Below are positions 41,401-50,700 of a DNA stretch of 64,000 nt, piece by piece (the first letter of the stretch is position 1; every line of letters begins with the position of its first letter). The translations under genes and the position numbers were made by a program. A model generated the notes under the pieces. That model did no database searches and was not told where the DNA came from. It saw nothing but the letters and a program-made list of their open reading frames with translations. Source of the stretch: a virus. The DNA lies in IMG/VR virus record IMGVR_UViG_3300008113_005947, positions 11,326 to 75,325 of that record; one strand, given 5' to 3'.

Positions 41401-44400
41401 TGTAGTGTTGGTGCCCATAGCTCCTATTGAACCATTACCCCAAGTCCATGCAATACCATTATTATCGACACCGGTAATTGTTTGTGCGCCTTGAGATGAG
41501 AATGTATATGATATTGGGGTTCCTATACCTGTGCCCGGACTTCCCGATTGTGTATAAACGAAATTGGTAGCTATCTGTACTGGACTGCTACGTGAAACGG
41601 TAGTGTTGTCACCCACAAGTCCAAGACTTGTACTCCAGCCCCAACCATGTAATGCTAATGATGCTTTGTTTGATGAATATTGAACACCAAAGAATCCTCC
41701 GTTATTTGTACCACTACTCTGGTCTGCGTATCCATAAACCTGAGTCCAGCTGTTAGCACCTATTTGTACTGGACTACTTCTAGCTACTGTATCATTTTGT
41801 CCACAAGATCCATTAGTGTTTACGCCCCATGCAAATAATCTTCCAACACTATCAATTGCTGCCATGCCACCTTGTGTTGTAGCAACTGCACTCCATGTAC
41901 TAGCACCTATTTGTACAGGACTACTACGGTTTACTGTATCATTCAACCCTAAACCACCTGCACCATTCGCCCCACTGTTAAGTCCCCAAGACCATAATGT
42001 GCCACCGGTTTTAATTCCTAAAGCCATATCTCGTTTAATACTGATAGTAACCCAACTACCAGGCACTTGTACAGGACTGCTACGATTAACAGTATCATTT
42101 AAACCTAACACACCTGATGTGTTTAACCCCCACATATACAATCTACCATCATTAGTTATTGCGGCAGTTACTTCACCAACTTGTGATGTTGTAAAGAAAT
42201 TGAAAGTTAATCCTGTTGTCCCTGCTACTTGAACTGGACTACTTCTAGCGACAGTAGTTAAATCTCCTATTTCTCCATTGGTATTACTTCCCCAACTCCA
42301 CAGTGTACCGTTTGATTTCATAGCATGTGTAGTTGACGTTGTTGTGTTATATCCTGCACTTTCTGATTTTACCCATAGATTATCTGTTGCAGTTCCTAGA
42401 ATACCTGGAATGTTATTATCAGCAGTACTATTATTACCCATTTGACCAAAGTTATTTCGTCCCCAAGTCCATAGATATCCGTCATTTGTAACTCCTGATC
42501 CAGCACCATATGTTAGCCAATGTTGTCTAAGGGCTGTTCCGCCAGTTAACTGCAATAATCCATTATTGCCCCAACCATACAATTGTCCTGTTGTTCTTAG
42601 TGCAAGTGTATGTGATGTACCCGGTGCCACTTGACTCCAATTTGTAATACTACTAGCTACTTGTACTGGACTACTTCTATTAATAGTAGTACCGTCACCA
42701 ACAGCATATAAAGTATTAGCACCCCAGGCCCATAATGTACCGTCAGTTTTTATAGCATAAGTTACTTCAAATCCAGCTGACACATAAGTATAACTACCTG
42801 CAACTTGTACCGGACTAAGATAAGTTGTAGTATTATTTTGACCTAATTGACCTGAATTATTTTTGCCCCAAGTAAATAATCTCCCTGAAGCGTCAATTGC
42901 CGCAACATGGCTCCAACCAGTTGCTACGCTAGTCCAACTACTATTTCCTATTTGTAGTGGATATGAAATATTAGTAGAGGGAAGAGCGTCACCAAAGCCT
43001 AATTGACCAATATTGTTGTTCCCCCAAGAAAATAATTTACCATCACTACGTATTGCTATCATAAATCCAGTATTGTCTGCACTATTTGCACCGGCACTTA
43101 TTGTAGTCCATGAATATGTTGTTGATAGACTTCTTCCTAATTGTCCAAAGTCATTTGCTCCCCAACTCCATAATGTACCGTCGGCTTTTAATGCTAACGT
43201 AAAATTAGATCCTACACTTATTGCAGTCCATGAACTAGTGCCTATTTGTACAGGGCTTGAAAGTAATTGAGTTGCGTATATATCGGTTCCAAATTGACCG
43301 TAAATATTATTACCCCAAGCCCATAATGTATTATCACTCTTAATAGCCAATGAAGTGAAACCACCATAACCAGAAGATACGGATAACCATGAACTATTAC
43401 CTATTTGTATAGGATTACTTCTTGCTATAGCACTACCGCCTGTATTATCACCTAATTGACCATACCGATTATCACCCATAGAATATAATTTATCATTTTG
43501 ATTAATCAATAGCGATGATAATCCACCACCGGATACGTCTTTAAAAAATAATGATCCGGCTTGTACAGCCGTAACTACGGAATTGGCAACAGTACCTAAT
43601 CCTAATTGACCATTGGCATTATTACCCCATGCAAATGTTGCATAATCTTCTCTTATTGCAAATCCGTTATAATAGCCACCTGCTACTAGTTTTCTAATAG
43701 TTGATACATATCCCAATTGTCCAACAGTATTAGAACCCCATGTAAATAATTTACTAGTAGTTGTAATTCCTGTACTAAAATCAACTCCAGCAGATACTAC
43801 ACTCCAACTGCTACTACCTATTTGTAGGGGATTATTTATTGTACTATAACTTAGTGATCCAACTTGTACTGGACTACTACGGTTTACGTTAGTATTATCA
43901 CCTACAGAACCATTTGCGTTTGAGCCCCAAGCAAAAAATCTACCAGCAGTATCAATTGCCGATGATACAAAATTATTACATGCTACAGCTGACCATGTGC
44001 TTGCACCAACTTGTACAGGGCTACTACGACTAATCGTAGTGTTTTGACCTAGTTGACCCCCATCATTTCTGCCCCATGACCATAAGAAATAACTAGAATC
44101 TAATGCTATTGTAAGTGAAAGACCTAATCCAAGTTTATACCACGTTTTGCCAACACCTGCTTGAACAGGACTACTTTTGTTAATAGTGGTACTATCACCT
44201 ATTTGACCAAAATTATTATATCCCCAAATCCATAATGTATTATCAGATTTAATACCACCTGATATGCCGTTTCCTGCAGTTATACTAGTCCAATTACCTG
44301 AAATTTGTACTGGACTACTACGTGCGGCAGTAGTACCATCACCTATCTGGCCAAATGTATTATTGCCCCATGCCCATAATGTATTGTCTGCTTTTCTTGC

Positions 44401-47400
44401 TAAAAATGTTCTTCCACCTGCGGCGCTGTTTGCTCCTTTGCCTCCTACTACCTCTACAAAAGTAGTTCCGGCAAGTACTTGTACCGGGCTACTACGAGTG
44501 ACTGTGGTTGCACCATTGTCGCCATATATACCACCAAACCATTGACCCCATACATATATAGTATTATCTGTTTTTATACCTAACGTAGTTTCGGCAGTTA
44601 CTGCAACAATAGACCAACTGCCACCACCGGATACCTGTACAGGACTGCTTCTATAAGTTACAGTATTATCACCCAACTGTGCGTTACTGTTTGCGCCCCA
44701 TCCCCATAATGTTCCGTCTGACTTGATTCCGAATGTGAAATAATCAACAGGGAATACACCTTCACCGCTAGCTACTATCATAGTCCAACTACCTGCAACT
44801 TGTACTGGGCTACTTCTACGAATAGTAGTGTTATCTCCTAGTGACCCGCTAGGATTATTATCTCCCCACATAAATAATTGTCCGGCACCGACAGTATCTG
44901 ATAAAATATATCCATTAGTATTGCCGCCGCCTACTAACAACATTGATATAGTTTTTGGAGTATTATATCCCACTTGTCCAGTATCATTCTTACCCCAAGC
45001 ATACAGTTTACTAGTGTTATCTATTGCAAGTACATGTGACGCTCCTGCACTTACACTAGTCCAAGATTTAGCACCAAGTTGAATAGGTACACTACGTGTT
45101 ACTGTATCTCCTTGACCCAATTGATATACAGAATTAAGACCCCAGGTAAATAATCTACTAGAAGTATCAATGGCACTACTATAACTTAATGAAGCTGATA
45201 TTTTAATGAACTCGTTAGAATACCCATTGGATAAAAATATAGGACTTGACCGTGCTACAGTATCACCTAAACCCAATGCACCAAATGTATTATTACCCCA
45301 TACATACAGTTTATTCTGTCCATCACGTATCATCATAGAGCCACGATTGATATATGCTTCTTTTAAATTTCCAGTAAAAGGCAATGCAACAACACTACTT
45401 CCTATTTGCACAGGGCTACTAGTATTAGCACCCGAAGATGTTATTAAGCTGTTACTTGTGTTTGTGCCCCAGCCCCAAATTGTATTATCGCTTCTTCTTG
45501 CTAGTGCTGTTCCACCACCACTAGCGTTTAATGTACCCTGTAAATCAACCCATCTATTATCTGCAATTGTTCCTAATTGTACCGGACTACTTTTATTAAC
45601 TATGTCACCTAATCCTAAAACACCGGTGGCGCCTTGACCCCATGTGAATATGTATCCGTTACCTATTGCACCTGCTGAATATTCACCTAAATTAGTAACA
45701 CCAGTAAATGTTATATTACTGAAAGGTGTAGCTACTTGTACAGGACTACTACGAGATAATGTAGTGCCATCACCTATTGTACCGTATGTTTGGTTTCCGC
45801 CCCAACCATATATTACGTTGTTAGTATCACTAGCAATGAAGGCAGCATTAGATGAAAATCCAAATCCATTAACTGGACCTATAATATAATTCCAGTTAGT
45901 TGATGTTCCCACCTGTACAGGACTTGATTTAGTAACAGTAGTACCATCACCCAACAATCCACCATCTCCATATCCCCATGTCCATAATGTTCCGTCAGTT
46001 TTTATTGCCGCGCTTGAACTTATTCCTGCCGCTATAACAGAAAAATCACTTAATGATAATACTTGAGTTGGGCTACTGCGTGAGACAGTACTAGTTAATC
46101 CTAATTGCCCTACGTTATTCATTCCCCAACCCCAAATTTTATTACCAGTAAGCGCAAGTATATGACGCCATCCTGTAACTACCTGGCTAAATGAAGATAA
46201 TCCTACACCAACACCTCCATTTAATTGCACTGGACTTGATTTACTAACAGTAGTACCATCACCTATTTTTCCATCACCACCATTACCCCATACAAATAAT
46301 AATCCACCTACTTTTATACCTACTGTAAAGGCATTGCCTGCACCTAATGCATTATAACCATATACACTAGTCCAACTACCTGCAATTTGCACTGGACTAC
46401 TACGTGATACAGTAGTACCATCACCTAACTGACCCTGGTTATTATCACCCCATAAGAATAATCTACTATCTGTTGTTATTGCCCCATACACACCTTTAGT
46501 AAGACTAGCCCAATTAGTATTAGTACCTAGTTGTACAGGACTACTGCGACTAATTGTAGTTCCATCACCTAAATACCCCGCACTATTAAATCCCCAGGCC
46601 CATAATGTGCCATCATTTCTGATAGCCATGACTGCACCTGATACTACTGATACAGCGGACCATAAAGTACCACTATTAATTTGTATAGGACTGCTACGTG
46701 ATACCGTAGAGCCATCACCAAAAGTTCCTTCAGCATTTCTTCCCCAACCCCACAGTGAGCCACCGCTTAAAAAGAATGTAGTTGTGTCTGTTGTTAAACT
46801 TGCAGTGTTTACGTTATAACTTAATTTAACGCCTATTTGTACTGGGCTACTTCTACGAATAGTAGCACTATTGTCACCAACTTGCCCAAAATCATTAAAT
46901 CCCCAACCCCACAATGAGTTATCACTTTTGATACCATATCTATTATATGCAGTATAGGCAATAGTTGGTATATAGTTCCAAGTACCAGCTAATTGCGTTG
47001 GCGCACTACGACTTGCTGTTGAAGTATCTCCAACTTGTCCATATATATTATTTCCCCATGCAAAGTATACACCGGTATTAGTAAGTGCTGTGCCTGCACT
47101 AATTTGAGTAATACTTAAGGCAGCAAAAGTTGCAATTTGTACTGGACTACTTTTTGCTACAGTCGTACTATCTCCAATCGCTCCGCTAGAGTTGCTTCCC
47201 CAAGCCCAAAGATTACCATTACCTGTAGTCAGTGCATATGTGGTGTCCTCCATTGTTTTTGCTACTAATGCCCATGAAGTTAATGCACCAACTTGGACAG
47301 GACTACTTCTATTAATTGTATCTCCTAACCCGAGTTGTCCTGCATTATTATATCCCCATGTCCATAATGTACCATCACTTTTAACTGCGGCGCCGTGAAA

Positions 47401-47727
47401 GCCACCACCACCTATTGACACCCAGTAAGGTGCAAAAATTTGTATTGGGCTTAATCTAGTTGTATTAGTACCATCACCTACTTGGAAGGCTGCATTACCG
47501 CCCCATCCCCATAATGTATAATCAGACCTGATTCCCAAAGTATGATTCGCTCCGGCACTTACATTAAGCCAACTTGATGTACCTAGTTGTATTGGACTTG
47601 ATTTACTAGCAGTGGTATTATCACCTAATTGTCCTGATGTGTTATCCCCCCAGGCCCACAAGGTGCCGTCACTTCTGACTGCCATACTATGAGAAGATCC
47701 GTTACTAATAGTTGTCCAACTTAACAT
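38410..47727 (-). CDS. Giant RCC1/BLIP-II-repeat beta-propeller protein, part 2 (3105 aa, about 58 repeats)
   Basis: Same repeat; starts at a repeat boundary and ends mid-repeat (GQLGDGT*); TAATG overlap with the upstream gene. Confidence 0.92.
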   Translation of the reverse strand: MLSWTTISNGSSHSMAVRSDGTLWAWGDNTSGQLGDNTTASKSSPIQLGTSSWLNVSAGANHTLGIRSDYTLWGWGGNAAFQVGDGTNTTRLSPIQIFAPYWVSIGGGGFHGAAVKSDGTLWTWGYNNAGQLGLGDTINRSSPVQVGALTSWALVAKTMEDTTYALTTGNGNLWAWGSNSSGAIGDSTTVAKSSPVQIATFAALSITQISAGTALTNTGVYFAWGNNIYGQVGDTSTASRSAPTQLAGTWNYIPTIAYTAYNRYGIKSDNSLWGWGFNDFGQVGDNSATIRRSSPVQIGVKLSYNVNTASLTTDTTTFFLSGGSLWGWGRNAEGTFGDGSTVSRSSPIQINSGTLWSAVSVVSGAVMAIRNDGTLWAWGFNSAGYLGDGTTISRSSPVQLGTNTNWASLTKGVYGAITTDSRLFLWGDNNQGQLGDGTTVSRSSPVQIAGSWTSVYGYNALGAGNAFTVGIKVGGLLFVWGNGGDGKIGDGTTVSKSSPVQLNGGVGVGLSSFSQVVTGWRHILALTGNKIWGWGMNNVGQLGLTSTVSRSSPTQVLSLSDFSVIAAGISSSAAIKTDGTLWTWGYGDGGLLGDGTTVTKSSPVQVGTSTNWNYIIGPVNGFGFSSNAAFIASDTNNVIYGWGGNQTYGTIGDGTTLSRSSPVQVATPFSNITFTGVTNLGEYSAGAIGNGYIFTWGQGATGVLGLGDIVNKSSPVQLGTIADNRWVDLQGTLNASGGGTALARRSDNTIWGWGTNTSNSLITSSGANTSSPVQIGSSVVALPFTGNLKEAYINRGSMMIRDGQNKLYVWGNNTFGALGLGDTVARSSPIFLSNGYSNEFIKISASLSYSSAIDTSSRLFTWGLNSVYQLGQGDTVTRSVPIQLGAKSWTSVSAGASHVLAIDNTSKLYAWGKNDTGQVGYNTPKTISMLLVGGGNTNGYILSDTVGAGQLFMWGDNNPSGSLGDNTTIRRSSPVQVAGSWTMIVASGEGVFPVDYFTFGIKSDGTLWGWGANSNAQLGDNTVTYRSSPVQVSGGGSWSIVAVTAETTLGIKTDNTIYVWGQWFGGIYGDNGATTVTRSSPVQVLAGTTFVEVVGGKGANSAAGGRTFLARKADNTLWAWGNNTFGQIGDGTTAARSSPVQISGNWTSITAGNGISGGIKSDNTLWIWGYNNFGQIGDSTTINKSSPVQAGVGKTWYKLGLGLSLTIALDSSYFLWSWGRNDGGQLGQNTTISRSSPVQVGASTWSAVACNNFVSSAIDTAGRFFAWGSNANGSVGDNTNVNRSSPVQVGSLSYSTINNPLQIGSSSWSVVSAGVDFSTGITTTSKLFTWGSNTVGQLGYVSTIRKLVAGGYYNGFAIREDYATFAWGNNANGQLGLGTVANSVVTAVQAGSLFFKDVSGGGLSSLLINQNDKLYSMGDNRYGQLGDNTGGSAIARSNPIQIGNSSWLSVSSGYGGFTSLAIKSDNTLWAWGNNIYGQFGTDIYATQLLSSPVQIGTSSWTAISVGSNFTLALKADGTLWSWGANDFGQLGRSLSTTYSWTTISAGANSADNTGFMIAIRSDGKLFSWGNNNIGQLGFGDALPSTNISYPLQIGNSSWTSVATGWSHVAAIDASGRLFTWGKNNSGQLGQNNTTTYLSPVQVAGSYTYVSAGFEVTYAIKTDGTLWAWGANTLYAVGDGTTINRSSPVQVASSITNWSQVAPGTSHTLALRTTGQLYGWGNNGLLQLTGGTALRQHWLTYGAGSGVTNDGYLWTWGRNNFGQMGNNSTADNNIPGILGTATDNLWVKSESAGYNTTTSTTHAMKSNGTLWSWGSNTNGEIGDLTTVARSSPVQVAGTTGLTFNFFTTSQVGEVTAAITNDGRLYMWGLNTSGVLGLNDTVNRSSPVQVPGSWVTISIKRDMALGIKTGGTLWSWGLNSGANGAGGLGLNDTVNRSSPVQIGASTWSAVATTQGGMAAIDSVGRLFAWGVNTNGSCGQNDTVARSSPVQIGANSWTQVYGYADQSSGTNNGGFFGVQYSSNKASLALHGWGWSTSLGLVGDNTTVSRSSPVQIATNFVYTQSGSPGTGIGTPISYTFSSQGAQTITGVDNNGIAWTWGNGSIGAMGTNTTINRSSPVQVSAAGNYYLGSTTLYPFTISNNVVYRLWAPRPIQLEVGSSFTQVTAGQYSSAAIKSDSTLWVWGYNEYQALGITYSFTQIAGSDSHTMALRGDNTLYMYGLGTAGALGDNTIVTKSSPIVLTAGGVRRWTLVAGANTNAPNSASFGIKDDATLWAWGSNTDGQLGQSDTISRSSPTQIAGSWSVLMTGRSNFHMLAIKTDGTLWAWGINSNGQLGDSSTASRSSPVQLAGTWTNIWGGAAMSMALKNDGTYWTWGSNSLGQLASNTTVNRSSPVQVTSGFANVSQMRPYANGFAYLNTLGQLFAWGANNNGELGVLNDTVHRSSPVQVRTDASWITLATTDRSTTAVRTDYLVFAWGRNNSGQVGDSSTVSRSSPVQLLSLNTANSASFIQLFSGFERNYILVSNEPTGKMWAWGLNTTGQLGDLTLTNKSITGAVWSGVLSLSMFQPIPVQIAGSWTQVGFGNDNFSVNNQFAVKTDGTLWSWGSNNVGQTGNNFALASRTQFQPRQVGSSTNNTIVSVRSSYAAFRNSSGSIFTVGSNSVGQLGDNTVINKSSPVQLSTGYIEYTPSQIPGSWTQINASNFTGFVTPTTHALGLKTDNTLWSWGSNSTGQLGDNTTISRSSPVQIAGSWSVISAGSSHSGAISTSGVLWMWGRNNEGQLGDFTTVSRSSPVQIISSWVGNLPLIIWSKLSLGYDSTFATTTISGATAQNQELVWSWGFNSAGWVSLGDNQNVNRSSPVQLGSINSVQISLLQNRSSPTQVGNSNWSTVSAGYSFAYGILSNNSLFAWGSNGGSSSILSDGSTTDRISPVQLSTYNFTLLASGGSHITAVMSNDPVLGYKMVASGLNTTGQLGQNNTNTYGVQYKLAGMSFVAAANASSPVQIGSVDYGNYYRSSPVQIGTDSWSSVSSGENHSLAKNSSGLLFAWGYNVNGQVGDSSTINRSSPVQISSSSYTLISAGYNHNIIEKSDGSVYTFGNNSNGQLGDGT

Positions 47728-50700
47728 TATGTATTATTTCCTATCTGTCCAAACGTATTATCACCCCATGTAAATAAATTACCATACGCATCAATTGCAT
47801 TGCTACTATTATTAGTAGCGGCAATATACTTATATATCTTAGTACCTACTTGCATCGGACTACTTCTAGGTAATAAGCTACTATTATTTAACCCGCCGTT
47901 AAGATTGGCTCCCCATGTCCATATTGTACCATTTTGTGCCAATGCTACACTATAACTTTTGCCTGCTTGGACATCTGTCCAATTGCCTGATACTTGTACT
48001 GGACTTGATTTAGTAACAGTAGTACCATCACCTAATTGTCCATTACTATTTGTACCCCATGTCCATAGTGTATTATCGATTCTAATTGCTGTAGTGAAAT
48101 TATCAGATACACTACCTATTATCCAACTATTTGTTCCAATCTGCAATGGGCTACTTCTATTAGACGTTGTTATATCTCCTAATTGTCCGAATCCATTATA
48201 GCCCCACATATATAATCTACCCAAAGCATCTATTGCCATGCTAGTTGACATACTAGCATTAACAAATGCCCAGCTACTTAATAGTCCTATACGAACTGGT
48301 CTATCATAAAAATTTCCTTTTCCTGTACCCATTTGTACAGGGCTACTGCGTGAAAGAACATCATTAAATTGTCCCAATTTTCCAGAGTCGCCTTGACCAG
48401 TCACCATAGTAGTATCATTCAATACACCAAATATATTAACACTGCCTGCATATAAATTAGTAAAGCTAAATGATCCTACTTGCACCGGGCTACTTCTAGA
48501 TAGAGTATCATTTTGTCCTAACTGTCCCCAAGTATTATCTCCCCATGCCCATATTGTTCCATCAGTTCTTAATGCACTAGAGAAACTATAACCTGCACTT
48601 ATTTGAGTATAACTGCTAGAATTTAATTGTATAGGGGATGGTACTATAGTTTTTAGTGCTGTATCTATTTGTACAGGACTACTTCTTGAAATTACAGTAC
48701 CATCACCTAGTTGTCCTGAACTATTCGACCCGAATGTAAATAATACTCCCGCAGAATTTATATATCCTGCTTGATTTTCTATACCACTAATTAAATCTGT
48801 GTTAGGAAGCTGTTTATATGTTCCAGAAAGTACAATGGGACTTGATTTATTAACTGTGGTATCATCACCTAGTTGACCTAATTGATTACGACCCCATCCA
48901 TACACTACACCACCACTAGTTCCGAGTACCGTAGTTGCAAATGCAGTTACGTCAGTCCAACTACCAGGTACTTGCACTGGGCTACTTCTAGCTGTTGTAT
49001 TATTTTGTCCTAATTGTCCGTATAAATTTTGACCCCATGACCATAAAGTATTATTAGATTGTAATGCTACTACACCATATAAAGTAGATACAACTTTAGT
49101 CCAAATATTCAATGTACCAACTTGTACTGGGCTACTTCTATTAATTGTAGTTCCACTACCTAAATTTCCATTGACATTGAGACCCCAGGTCCACAGTGTG
49201 CCATCTGTTTTTACTATAGCTACATATGATAAACCTTGACAAACTGAACTTATGCCACCGCCAAATATTTGCACAGGACTACTACGACTAATTGTACTAT
49301 TATTCCCTAGTTGACCTACGGAGTTACTACCCCAAGCATACAATCCACCATTACTTGTTAAACCTATTGTGTTTCCATTTGTAGTATAAATTTTAGTCCA
49401 ATTGAGAGCAGTTCCTATTTGTATCGGACTACTGCGATATATTGTAGTATTATCACCTAGTTGTCCAATATTATTGTATCCCCATCCATAAAGAACACCA
49501 GAAAAATCTACTGCAAACATACTTGCAGAACCAAAATCACCACCTAAGGTTCCTAAAAAGCTAAATGACATTGTACTAACTTGCACTGGACTACTTTTTG
49601 ACACTGTAGTACCATCGCCATATGACGGCGTTGTAACGCCTACAGTTGAACCCCATGCATATAAGTATCCACCATTTTTTAATCCAAAAGTAGTAGAACC
49701 CATTGATACTTGTAGCCAACTATTAGAAGAAGTTATAGTTGCAAGTTGACCGAATGTATTACTACCCCAAAGATATAAGCTATTATTAATCAAACCCATA
49801 ACGTGTGAACTGCCTGCGGCAATTTGAGTCCAACTACTTGTTCCTATTTGTATAGGGCTACTACGATAACCCATATTAGATTCTAAGTTATTTGCTAATA
49901 CTCCAAATGTTCCATTGCCCCAACTCCATAATGTACCATTACTCTTAGTAGCGATAGTAAAATCACTTTTTATACTTACTAAATTCCAACTACCACTAGT
50001 TTGTATTGGGATTGAACGAGTGACTGTAGTATTATCACCAACTTGGCCACTAGAGTTAAGTCCCCATACAAATAATCTCTTGTCTGTTGTTATTGCGGCA
50101 CTAAAAGATGCGCCGGCGGTTATTAAACTCCAGCTACTATTACCAACTTGTAACGGGCTGTTTCTAGCTGAGGCTGAACTTCCAGTACTTGTTTGTGTTG
50201 GGCTACCTTTATCAACTGTAGTATTATCACCCAATTGACCTGTAGTGTTAAGTCCCCATGTATTAAAATTACTAAGAACATCTAGTCCATAAGAACTATA
50301 TGCACCTGTAGAAACATAAGTCCAACTGCTAGTACTTACTAAAGAAATTTCTCTAACTGCTGTATTTACTATCTGTACAGGATTACTTCTTGCTATAGTA
50401 GTACCATCACCCAACTCACCATTTTTGTTTCCACCAAATGCAATTGCATATCCTTGGCTAGAATAAGCTATAGTATGAAACTGAGTGTCAGTACTTGCAG
50501 GAATGCCAGCACCACCTGCATATACTTGAGTAAATGATATACCTGTAGATATTTGTACAGGACTACTTGTATTGTTTATTGTATTATTACCCAACTGTCC
50601 TGCAGAATTCAAACCCCAGGTAAATAATCTACCTAGGCTGGTAATCCCGACTGAATGAAAGGTTCCAACAGAAATATTAGTCCAATTACTGTTACCTACC

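Noticed and set aside
38400-47735. Stop-codon reassignment or readthrough joining the giant ORFs
   Set aside because: The next ORFs are in a different frame; reading through TGA at 38410 meets TAA within 8 codons; conserved genes are intact in the standard code
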